NCBI GenBank assembly: GCA_951406725.2
Contig: OX597817.1
Coordinates: 132,122,001-132,186,000 of the forward strand
Direction of reading: 5' to 3'
DNA length: 64,000 nt
Source of the DNA: Octopus vulgaris
Lineage: Eukaryota
The notes beneath the pieces are model-generated. The model did not search any database. It saw nothing but the letters and a program-made list of their open reading frames with translations, and had not been told where the DNA came from. Position 1 is the first letter of the stretch. Every line of letters starts with the position of its first letter. Below, in pieces: positions 1 through 12,395 of the stretch. Both the position numbers and the translations under genes were made by a program.

Positions 1-123
1 CGTCGTCATCTTCACCATCAAGCCACACGTTACTATAACATTATTCCTACTAACAAGAAAACATTTATTACAGTCGTTTTAACTCAATCTCGTTTTCATC
101 AGTAATTAACAATTCAACTACAG

Positions 124-457
124 CAGGGATTCCCAACCATTGTTTTTTCCTCTATTGACCCCTTTCATTCGTAATTTACTCAGCTGGACCTCCATAGCCA
201 TTCGATGTTTTAAAAATATCCTATAATGCTTTTATAAGTAGATTCTTTATTTTTTATTCTTTTACTTGTTTCAGTCATTTGACTGCGGCCATGCTAGAGC
301 ACCGTCTCTAATCGAACATATCGACCCCAAGACTTATTCTTTGTAAGCCTAGTACTTATTCTATCGGTCGTTATTGCCAAACCGCTAGGTTACAGGGGCA
401 TAAGCTCACCAACATCAGTTGTCAAGTGATGGTGAGGGGACAAACACAGATACACAA

Positions 458-539
<82 letters not shown>

Positions 540-821
540 GACGGGCATCTTTCAGTTTCCGTCCATCAAATCCACTCATAAGGATTTGGTTGGCCCGAGG
601 CTATAGTAGAATACACTTGCTCAATACGCCATGCAGTAGGACTGACCCCGGAACCGTGTGGTTGGAAAGCAAGTTTCTTGCCACACAGCCACATCTGTAT
701 AATAAAAAAAATTGTTGAAATAGTTCTTGTACTCTATCACTAATTCATTGCACATAAATTTTAACAAAATAATCTGATGTGGATCCCCAAGGGCCATGTA
801 GACCCTGGCTGACAACCACCG
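124..821. mobile_element. hAT-type MITE interrupted by a SINE A insertion
   Basis: Ends cagggattcccaacc / ggctgacaaccaccg; body similar to 45845-46076 and 60390-60624. Confidence 0.55.
256..699 (-). mobile_element. tRNA-derived SINE family A with internal (TA)n(TG)n
   Basis: Minus-strand head gtggctgtgtgg...ggttccggggtcagtcc (A/B-box-like); >10 related copies in the window. Confidence 0.85.
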
Positions 822-2195
822 ATCTAAACAATTAACCTTTATTTCCCATTGCTAACCGAAGATGTGAAGCACTCTATCTGGGGTTTTTTTTTGGAGGGGG
901 GGGTTGCTGTGTTTTTTTCAATAGTAACGCATTCATTATTCACTCCATCCTCACAGACACTAAACGTTGTTGTCATCTTCTACATCACCTAGTCTAATGT
1001 TTCAAATTAAATTCATTTTAAACTTTGATTTCATTAAACTTATTAAAACTAATTAAAACTATTCAGTCTTTGAAACTCTGAAAAGGATTTCCGGTTCAAC
1101 ATGACCCTTATCTTCCTCTATTCACAAACGGAAAGATAAGAAAACAAAGCACGTTATTGTTGGAATTTTATGGAAGCAAGGTTTCAATAGTTAAAAGATA
1201 TCGGTTCTGATCCTTTTAAACGAAATTAGTGTTCAATATCTCATCACCTCATCATTTCCTCATTTCATCATTGTGATAACAATAGCCTAATGGTGAATCA
1301 TCTATTCTGTCGTTTCCGCAAAAGTTGACTTCGAGCTACACATTAGTGCATTTAAGGCATTAACATTACTTTTACAAAACATTTATATTTTATGGTCCTC
1401 ATTTTGTTTGACTAAAGCGAGGCTTTATCTATTTCTTGATTTTATTGATAGATTTTCTATCAACATGCGCAGAGTCAGCAAATTTCAAATTGCATTTACG
1501 CCACGTTACAGATTATGCTTTTATTTTCGAAACTCATCATAGCGGGGTTTCTTTCGTCCTGAAATATTGAATCGCACAACTTACAAAGAAAGAGAATAAT
1601 TGCATTTCTTCTTGGTTTCTTTCTTTATGATACCATAATGGATTTTTGATTTCTATACAGACCATGTGCAACACTAATATGTAATCTTGATTATATATCT
1701 AATGGAAGGTGGTGAAAGGGAAGCACCAATTTCTTCGCAGTCATATATTCTGACATTCGCACTTAGCATCCTACTGACTAATGATGCTGGCATTTGCCCA
1801 AAGCATAATGATGTCAAGGTCGACTCTGAAAATAAACCGCGGCGTGAGCTATATATATTCCGAGGAAAGTAGTTCAGATAGTTCTTATTGAATATAGTAA
1901 GATTTCTATGACGAATAGACACTTCGAAAAATTCATTTGCTTGAGTCAGAATTTTCTGTAGAGTGCAATAGACTGGGAAAAATAGGCACCAATTTGAATG
2001 AGGGCACATAGCAAAATACAGGGAAACCTTTCGTTGATGCTAGCACCACAGGCCCTAATGGCTGCCACATGTGGGACAATGCCTCCTATCGCATACACAT
2101 CCCACAGAAATTATGCTCTCAGAATTATTGACGAAAATTCTCTGCCGAGTGAACACACATACATTCACACAAACACATACACACACACACACACT

Positions 2196-2257
<62 letters not shown>

Positions 2258-2407
2258 GAAGCACACAAAAATCCACATATATATACACACAGGTGCAAGC
2301 ACACACGCGCGTACACATATGTATCTACATATGCAAATACATATACATAAAATATATATACGTTTATATATGCATACATACGTACATACACACAAACACA
2401 CATACAC

Positions 2408-2446
<39 letters not shown>

Positions 2447-2561
2447 TGCAGTTTAACGCAGGTATAATTCAAATACTTGTGTGATTTTTTGCTAACCTGG
2501 TGATTATTTATCAATTTTTTCCGTATTAATTGTTAACAAGGAAAATCTATTCATATATACA

Positions 2562-2641
<80 letters not shown>

Positions 2642-3149
2642 TCCGTTACCCTTGTCAACCGATTGGAGTGGACTAAGCGAAACATAATTTTGCCTGTGAA
2701 ATCCAATGCGGTTTAGTCCGTGATTTGAGTGCGCGATCTGGTGTTACCTTCTACTTACGATCTAGTTCTGCATGTTTTTTCAAGAGATTTCAAACTTATA
2801 TTCCTCAAATACTTCGCACAGCACTCAGTCAATATATCTTTGTAGCAATATTTCTGTCATCTCCATATATTCTATAGACCCGATGCTATAGTCACTTAAC
2901 CATATCATACATATCTAATCATGTAAGCCTTTACACACAATTTCACTGACAGCAACACCTTAATTAATCAAAATTCTACATGAACTGGGGGAATGTAAAC
3001 ATTGGATCAAGATTTCCCTCAAAACAGACAAAGGCGGCAACTCAGACGATCAAACGAGGCTAAAACATTTGGAAACTAAATCCAAGTCCACGTTAACCCC
3101 GCACTGGTTTTATATCTGTGGAAGCAGATCGAAACCAACTAATTGAAAT

Positions 3150-3400
3150 CGAATCAACCGCTGTGTGTATGTGATCAATATACTGCTGTACTTTGGTCAA
3201 ACAGATTGAATCAATAACTTGCGACAGTTGTTGAGTACATTAAAACGTGGTTGAGAGCATCACACACTTCCAACACTTGGCTTCTATAGACAATTGAAAT
3301 TACTCTCGAAATTGGCGACTAGTATGACAAATACGGTTCTGCATTAAGCGAAGCATTTATTGCAACTGTTCACTCATAAACAGGTAAAGACAGAGTTTCG
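3150..3400 (+). mobile_element. Possible highly degraded PLE GIY-YIG remnant
   Basis: Broken frames read CVYVIN...YFGQT...VVEYIKTWL, resembling a GIY-YIG motif. Confidence 0.3.
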
Positions 3401-3785
3401 CATAGAAACAGCAAATAATGACGTAATTAAGTGACGTCATCAACAGGTGCCATCTCTAATATTGAAGATTTTCCCATTTTTCTGCAGTTTTGTTGCAAAT
3501 AAGACTTGAGGCCTCTCAAGACTATAAACTGCTTACAAAGGAGAAAAAGAAAGGGCGTATAAATTCAAAACATATCGATTGATAAAAAGATTAAAGGGTC
3601 AAATATCATAGAACAGAGGAAAATGTGTCGATGGCACTGAGTTCTTGAGGGCAGCATTTTAAGAAAAGAGGCTATTGAAATAAAAGGTCTTATGGCTAAC
3701 AGGGAGCTGAACAGGGAAATGATGTGTCTGAGAAGACAAGCGACATGCTTAAAGGTCTTGACAGTTGTGAGACTAGAAATGTTAT

Positions 3786-3907
3786 TGTTCTACTCTAGGC
3801 ACAAGGTCCGAAATTTTGAGGAGGGGACCAGTCGATTACATCGATCCCAGTACGCAACTGGTGCTTAATTTATTGAACCCGAAAAGATGAAAGGCAAAGT
3901 CGACCTC
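3786..3907 (-). mobile_element. SINE family B fragment (Meta-domain-like core)
   Basis: cccgaaaagatgaaaggcaaagtcgacctc core shared with many copies. Confidence 0.75.
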
Positions 3908-4266
3908 TTCAGGTCGAGTAGCCCATCCCCCTCAAAAGATCTCTGAACGAGACTTGTTTAAGGATGTTGAATAAAACACCCGTCTTTCCAGAGGAGAATT
4001 ATTCAAACCCCAAAGAATTCCTCTCAACACATGGCTATGATGTTCCCCCACTATTTCTCCTCGTGATCAGAGATGCATTTATCATCAGCCACTAAGGGAC
4101 ATGCTCAACTGGTTAAGGTCAAGCAACTGACAGGCAAATATGTGGTATTGACCAGAATGTTTGCTGTAGCCCATCTTTTATGCCAAGACAAAAACATGTA
4201 CATGATAACACTTCCAATCAGTTAAGATCAGAAGCCAGGAGAGCCACTGCCTGGCATTCCATCAGG

Positions 4267-4267
<1 letters not shown>
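3908..4267 (-). mobile_element. Repeat family D, partial copy
   Basis: Highly similar to 4504-4866; ends in (ATT)n. Confidence 0.85.
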
Positions 4268-4311
<44 letters not shown>

Positions 4312-4866
4312 GAGTGAGAGAGCAGTTCATGCCATCAAAGTGATACTGGGGTAAAATATACGAAGCCCAATATACCCATCATGACTACCCATCTGATAAG
4401 GGTACACCAGGCACATGCATCACAACCATATGTGCACGACATGGTGATCTCATATCAAGATAAACAGCACATGACCTTGCAGGTGGGGCCCAGTTAGAAT
4501 TTTCTTCAGGTTGAGTAGCCCATCCCGCTCAAAAGGTCCCTGAATAAGGGTTGCTTAAGGATGTTGAAAGAACCACCCATGTTTCCAGAGGTGAATTATT
4601 CAAACCCCAAAGAATCCCTCACCACACATGGCTATGATGCTCCCCCACTACATCTGCTCGTGATCAGAGATGCACATATCGTCAGCCACTAAGGGACATG
4701 CTCAACTGGTTAAAGTCAAACAACTGACAAGCAAATCTGTGGTATTGAGCAGAATATTTGCTGTAGCCCATCTTTTATATCAAGACAAAACTATGTACAT
4801 GATAACACTTCCAATCAGTTAAGATCAGAAGCCATGAGACCCACTGCCTGGTACTGCATCAGGGCA
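4312..4866 (-). mobile_element. Repeat family D, longest copy (~555 bp, non-coding, (TAA)n-flanked)
   Basis: Nearly identical to 9043-9545 and reverse complement of 34861-35376; (ATT)n on both sides. Confidence 0.85.
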
Positions 4867-4929
<63 letters not shown>

Positions 4930-4953
4930 CATTATTATTATTATTATTATTAT

Positions 4954-4985
<32 letters not shown>

Positions 4986-4989
4986 TTAC

Positions 4990-5047
<58 letters not shown>

Positions 5048-5352
5048 GACACTGTTGATTTCTTTACAGTTTTTGTTGGTGTGGCCACATTTCTGTATCC
5101 GTCGTTTTCCCGCGTTTTACCAAATCATTTTTTTAAAAGGTGAGTACAGTTATTTACTTTCTACAATTTGTGGTGGTATACAACAACATTGTTGCTTGTA
5201 GCACATAACTTGAGATATACTTCGTATCATCTTCAGGATACGAAATATGTCGCAGTTAATAGTGCGGAGATTGTATCACAAGATATTTCATTTCAACGTG
5301 ACACCTAAGACTTGCTAATGCTAGTGTATCTTTTGGAGATGTGTGTTTGTGG

Positions 5353-5397
<45 letters not shown>

Positions 5398-5519
5398 TGA
5401 GTGTGTGTGTGAGTGTGTGTGTGTGTGTTTGTAGAGGACCTCAGCTCTAATTCGAGTACGATATATATATATATACATTATATGTGCGTGTCTGTATACA
5501 TATATATATATATACATAC

Positions 5520-5600
5520 ATCTAATATAATAAATGCGAAAACTAAGTTCTGTGTGTCAGTGTGTCACACTTTGACCCCCTCCCCGTCTCGCATTATTCT
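5520..5600 (+). mobile_element. Possible Helitron-like 5' terminus
   Basis: atctaatataataaatgcgaaaac...tgtgtgtcagtgtgtc resembles non-autonomous Helitron 5' ends; no 3' CTRR end located. Confidence 0.3.
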
Positions 5601-6547
5601 TTGACACTCCTACTATTGCTCATATTGGGGTGAGAGTAACAGTAGGCATAGAGACGGTGAAGGTGGTGGCGAAGACAGATAGAGAGAGAACAAGAAAAAG
5701 GAAAAGTGGGAGAGAAAGAGAGACAAAGAAATTTAAGGAGAGTTGATGATGCTTTTTATTAAATGTAGTAGTGTTGATGGTGGCAGTGGGAGTAAATAAT
5801 AAGAGAGAGAGAAAGAGTGGATATGTAAGAGAAAGACGGAGTGACCACTAAACTATCAGGTTGATGTAACATAACGTGCACACACATTTAGCCATTTTGT
5901 GATGGTAATGGGGCAATACTAATAGTATGAGCTGAAGTTGTAATAGAGGTGGAGGCGGCGGTGATGATGACGGTGGTGGTGGTGGTGATAGCCGAGGCGT
6001 TGAGGCAACAGTGGTAATGGTGTTGGGGAGAGGAAGGCGGCGAATTCAAAGGTATTGATGTTGGTAGCGTCAGAGGTCTGTATGGTGTGTGTCTATGGCA
6101 GATGTGGTGGAGATGGTGGTGGTACTCTTGTGTATCGTGCAGCTTTGCAATAAGATCCAAGTCGATAAATTATATCATTGTTTTGGTGAAAATTGTTCAT
6201 TACTTGAAAACTGAGCTTAGAGCATTAGATTCCTTGGGAAAAAGCATCAAATGTATACGAAAACAAGGACGTTAAAACAGACGATGTTACACGAATACAA
6301 ATACAAAAATACAATAAAAATAACAATAATAATAAAAATAACAGGTCATATCCTGATTGGCCAGATTGGAACAATCTTAAGATTAATCAGCCGAAATTGC
6401 GAGAATGATCCGGTTCTTGACTGAAGATAAAAGGCTTCGAATGACCCGTTCTTGTTTTTTTTTTTTTGTATCGTCTGTCTGGATGTTTTGTTGTCCCTTT
6501 TTGTATCACCTAGTTGTCCGGATGTTATGCGTTCTTGTCCCATTTTG

Positions 6548-6604
<57 letters not shown>

Positions 6605-6606
<2 letters not shown>

Positions 6607-6800
6607 GTATAGGACATCACCAACGGTGCAAATAACATAATATGCGTAAACAAATGAGTTACATACATAAACAACCAGAAAAAATGGAAAACAGGACAGA
6701 TAAACACCGAGTAACTACCCTTCATCAGTTGTCGGTTGTCTATCTACTCCTCATTTCGAACATTAAGCGACAATATGAATCTTCAAAGACAGCTGCCCCA
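6605..6800 (-). mobile_element. PLE terminal (pLTR-like) segment abutting (TA)n
   Basis: Minus tcgaaatgaggagtagatagacaaccgacaactgatgaagggt matches 15533-15575(+), which lies next to a PLE RT. Confidence 0.55.
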
Positions 6801-7004
6801 ATGAATTCTAAAGTAAAATTTAGGATTTGTGGGGAGTCAGAGATCGGAACGAAAAACATGGCAATATATATGACATGTTTTAACCAAAGAACTTTTACGC
6901 AATGGATGTATTTCCTACTCGGCAAGCCTGAACCGTTCATATTGAACGTGCGTGTTCGAGTGTTTGTGTGTGTGTATATTTGTGTGTGTAAGGACAGAGA
7001 GAGG

Positions 7005-7072
<68 letters not shown>

Positions 7073-7104
7073 GGGAGAGAAAGAGAGAGAAAGAAAAATT
7101 TATA

Positions 7105-7394
7105 CCAGCCCTCGCAAGCAGAACGTCATGATTCTGTTCCATATATCTCCCCCATTCCATCTAGGTACTGCAATAGATTGGGATTCAAATGCCTACAGCT
7201 ATTCAATATTTTACCCAAAACCTGTTGAATATACATGGAGTGGTTATTTTGAGGAGCTTCTTGACTTTGTACTGTCCATGACCCTAGATAAACCTACACG
7301 GCAAGAAACTCGAGAGAGGGCAGCAATATCTACTTCCATCCTTCGTCAAATGCCAACCATATCAGAAGGGCCATTAAAAAGGCGATGATACTGG
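7105..7394 (+). mobile_element. CR1/L2-like LINE 3' fragment
   Basis: Broken frames RYCNRLGFKCLQLFNILPK...LDFVLSMTLDKPT; related to 54430-54880. Confidence 0.6.
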
Positions 7395-7772
<378 letters not shown>

Positions 7773-8329
7773 AATGAACTCGCAATACAGCGAGATAAGT
7801 ATTTTTTAAAAATAGCCGTTAACGGATAAGGATGTAGAAACGCCCTCGCGTAAGATGCATGGCGCGTGTACACTCGCACATACAAGCATCCGCAAAAAAG
7901 TAAGCATGCACGCGTGTGGTTTTGTGCACTCACGATCACAAAGCGAGTTAAATATCTACTTGGCGTTTATAAGAATGGGGAGGTTAAAACTAAACTTAAT
8001 TCATCCATACCTTAAAGTAAACTGTCAAGTAAACTCAAATTCATTCGCTCTGCCTTGTGCAGAAGTACATTTATCTGCGTGTAAGCATCTTGAGAGTCCT
8101 TCAGAAATTCTATTGATGACCTTCTGATTGGTCTACAGAACAGACAGGGGTTCCTCAGAGCAGAGTTGGTATCTCCTGAAATTGATATGCTATGGTTCTG
8201 CATGCCTTACCATGGACCAATTTATGTTGTACTTAATTTTAGCTTCCTTCAGTCGCCATATAAAATCGGCCAAACATGTTGAGTGTGTCTCTTATTGATT
8301 CTCTTGAAGCTGGACACATGGTTGCAAAT

Positions 8330-9026
8330 GTCTACGGTTTGTGCTCATAGTACGAGTTGACTTTCTCTGGCCCCCACCTTTTCGCACAGTTTCCAATGTA
8401 GCACTTTCGCTACCTGGTCGTGTCGCCACAACTTGTAGTGGTTTTGGGCAAGTCTAGGGCATTCGTTTGTCATATGGGCAATGGTTTCATCCACTCAATT
8501 ACAAATGCGGCACAACAGAGCCACCTGCTCATTCCGGAAGTTCACCTTCTAGCTCGTGGCCAAAGCTTGGTCTTGCACTGCCAGTATAGTGCTCTAGGTC
8601 TCTTTTGTTAGTGTTCCTTTCTTGAACCAATCCCACCTATTCTTTCTAGCAACTTCTGTTGTCGCTACATAGAATTGATTGTGTAGTTCCCTGTTGCGTA
8701 ATTCTTCTTCATGTCCCTTTTGTTGTTTATCCTTCATTTTCCCTTTTCTCTGCTTTCAGTGCTCCCTCGTTCCTTATTTTGGGCTAGGTATCTCATTCAG
8801 CTCTCCAGTTCGACATGTACACAGTCTTCCACACTTATCAGTCCTCTTCTGTTATTTGCTCTCTTCATGTATGGGCGATCAGTGTCCTGTTTAGGCCATC
8901 AGCTGCTCTCCATGCATCGTTAAGAGCCTTCGTGATTTCCTATCCATCTCCTTTATCTCTTACTCTCTTCAGCTCAAGATTCAAGCGCCATACTCAACTG
9001 CTGCGACTGCGCGCGAGTTTATTGCC
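8330..9026 (-). mobile_element. R4/Dong-type RLE non-LTR retrotransposon fragment
   Basis: WDWFKKGTLTKET*STILAVQDQAL...CRICN*VDETIAHMTNECPRLAQNHYKLWRHDQVAKVLHWKLC (CCHC knuckle, RHD motif); 5' end at (TAA)n. Confidence 0.85.
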
Positions 9027-9042
9027 TATTATTATTATTATT

Positions 9043-9545
9043 GAGTGAGAGAGCAGTTCATGCCATCAAAGTGACACTGGGGTAAAATATACGAAGCCCA
9101 ATATACCCATCATGACTACCCGTCTGATGAGGGTACACCAGGCACATGCATCACAACCATATGTGCGCGACATAGTGATCTCATATCAAGATAAACAGCA
9201 CATGACCTTGCAGGTGGGGCCCAGTTAGAATTTTCTTCAGGTTGAGTAGCCCATCCCGCTCAAAAGGTCCCTGAATAAGGGTTGTTTAAGGATGTTGAAA
9301 GAACCACCCATGTTTCCAGAGGTGAATTATTCAAACCCCAAATAATCCCTCTCAACACATGGCTATGATGCTCCCCCACTACTTCTGCTCATGATCAGAG
9401 ATGCACATATCATCAGCCACTAAGGGACATGCTCAATTGGTTAAGGTCAAACAACTGACAAGCAAATATGTGGTATTGAGCAGAATATTTGCTGTAGCCC
9501 ATCTTTTATACCAAGACAAAACAATGTACATGATAACACTTAAGT
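9043..9545 (-). mobile_element. Repeat family D copy, truncated at the right end
   Basis: Matches 4312-4810; micro-duplicated junction at 9541-9600. Confidence 0.85.
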
Positions 9546-9595
9546 TAAGATATTATTATTATTATTATTAACAATCAGTTAACAATCAGTTAAGA

Positions 9596-9649
<54 letters not shown>

Positions 9650-9724
9650 GTACCATTCTTTACACTACCAAATATGTTTTATTCATACCTACCTACCTAC
9701 CTACCTACCTATCTATCTATCCTT

Positions 9725-9835
9725 TGATCGAAACTCCCCCCTTTCTTTTTTTTTTTTTTTAAACCTTCAAAAGAAAAGCTCTACCTTGTAATTTGTTCTA
9801 TCTCTGTGCAGCCCTGTGTGGCTAATAAAGAAACA
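9725..9835 (+). mobile_element. Short LINE-like 3' tail inserted in a (CTAT)n tract
   Basis: Ends agccctgtgtggctaataaagaaa, like the 3' end of the L1/Tx1-type element at ~61990. Confidence 0.5.
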
Positions 9836-10078
<243 letters not shown>

Positions 10079-10207
10079 TGTTTCTGCCTGTTTATCAATT
10101 CGATCTATTTATATATATACATCTATATATGTGTGTCTATGTGAGGCTGTGTGCTTGTGTCTGTGTGAGTATGTGTTTAAATATAGATAGATAGATACAT
10201 ACATACA

Positions 10208-10240
<33 letters not shown>

Positions 10241-10909
10241 TCAAACATAGACACATACATAGGTATACGTAAACACAGTTATCTGTCGGGAACAATGTTA
10301 CACTCAGACTTGTACCGTAACAAACTCAATTTTATTGTAATTGTAATGTCTTTTTCAAAACTTTTGTCAGTCACTCAGCTGCATAATATTTGGAACGGGA
10401 AAAAGCAGTTCATATATCTGCTATCAACTTTTCTAGACGTAAACAGCCATATAGTGAGGTTGTAATGTGTTATCTGTGTACATAATTACCTGTTTTATTG
10501 TAGTTGGGCGTGGTTTGTGTTTTCTTTATTCATTAACGTGATTTCGTATTTGTCAACATATGTTCGTTATAAACAACATAATTATGCTTCAAATTCTGAC
10601 GTCTCTTTCTTATCTTCAGAAAGATAATTATAAATGATAATAAATAAATAAATAGATAAATAAATATATAAACAAATAAATAAACAAAAAAAATAGTTGT
10701 AAAGTGAATTTCGGAGAATTCTCAATTATTAGGATTATTTTCCTTTCGTACTCGGAAACATCGGTTGCTATTGCCATCAGGCATTTGTTTACTGTCTCTC
10801 GATAATTTCAACAAATCAAGTTTTTTCTTGTACATACAAGAAAAGCACATTCATACATTGCTAAGCACATTCATACATGTGTATGAACGTGCTTAGCAAA
10901 AATGAATAT

Positions 10910-11090
10910 TAACTGTATTTCAAAGTGCCACTCTTGTCACATGTTTTGCCACGCTGAAACTTCTTGAAAACTATGTTAAGAGTGGGCGTGTCTGTGGAGT
11001 GCTCAGCCATTCGCACGGTAATTTCACGAGTAGGCTTTCCTGTTGATCGGATCAACTAGAACATTCCTCGTCGCAACCGACTGAGTGTCA
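10910..11090 (+). mobile_element. SINE family C 3' tail (tail X)
   Basis: gtgtctgtggagtgctcagcc...gatcggatcaact matches 20990-21093. Confidence 0.75.
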
Positions 11091-11121
11091 ATTAGTTACA
11101 TGTACATACATACTTACATAC

Positions 11122-11241
<120 letters not shown>

Positions 11242-11254
11242 ATATATATATAAT

Positions 11255-11620
11255 CTCTTATTCGTTTCAGTCATTTGAATGCGGCCATGCTGGGTCACTG
11301 GCTTTAGTCGAACATATCGACCCCAAGATTATTCTTTGTAAGCCTAGTACTTATTGTAAGTAACTAAGTTATGGGGATGTAATTACATCAATATCGGTTG
11401 TTGACTGACGATGGGGACAAACACACACACGTATCTATCTATCTATATATGTATATGCAACGGGATTTTTTCTGTTTCCGTCTACCAAATCCGCTCACAT
11501 GGTTTTGGTCAACCCGAGGCTATAGTAAAAGATGCTTTCCCAAGGTGTCACGTAGTGGGACTGAACCCAGAACCATGTGGTTGATAAGCAAGCTATTTAC
11601 CTCACAGCCACTCCTGCGCC
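11255..11620 (-). mobile_element. SINE family A
   Basis: Matches 256-699 and 44397-44845. Confidence 0.85.
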
Positions 11621-11624
11621 TAAC

Positions 11625-11697
<73 letters not shown>

Positions 11698-11699
<2 letters not shown>

Positions 11700-12060
11700 C
11701 AAGGGTGTATATTCTCTTAAAGGGCTGTCAGCATCCAGTGTATCAGTGCAAAACTATAGATCCTAACTTAGCATTGACAGATCTTTGTATATCATTAGTT
11801 ATTATTTGTTTTGTATAATTAAAAGAAAGCGGAGAAACTAACATATAGACATGAATTTATTAAAACATAATACAATTCTGAAGAATATAAAACTAAATTT
11901 CACCTACAGCTGTTTCGATGCACAACTGAATCAATTTGAGAAATTAAATTAAATTAAATTAAATTCGTTAATCAGGAGACGAATTTGATAAAAATGGGCT
12001 ACATTCCGATCTGTTGTTTAACCCTTGATAGACTCAGGCTTGTGCGTTTCAGCAATCAAT
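11698..12060 (-). mobile_element. PLE-terminus-like module ending in (TA)n, with degenerate hammerhead
   Basis: Minus gcatcgaaacagctgtagg shares GAAACAGCTGTA with the 55523 hammerhead; long stem II gcacaa/ttgtgc. Confidence 0.45.
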
Positions 12061-12232
12061 GTATATTAAAAACCCATGTATATGTAATTGCAAACTTGTT
12101 TAATGTATTTGTACGCGTGCGTGTGTAATATGTTGGAAAACAAAAACAAACTATCCGTTAGTTAGCTTAATCATTATTTCGATACGATTACTTTAAACTA
12201 GAAGCTAAAAAAAACATTATTCCTAAATTACA

Positions 12233-12329
12233 TATGATAAATCGAAATGTCATTAAAGTCTTTAGTCACTTAAGAAATATAATTATTAGTCACCCACTTG
12301 CAATCTAGAAATTATAGTCAAATAATAAA

Positions 12330-12395
<66 letters not shown>

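Noticed and set aside
1674-2150. Cys-containing minus-strand peptides suggesting a PLE linker
   Set aside because: No further motif could be aligned
4805-4866. Slight resemblance of the family D end to 5S rRNA
   Set aside because: Only short gapped matches
6642-7388. Longest ORF (248 aa)
   Set aside because: Chance read-through of a repeat terminus, microsatellites and a LINE tail
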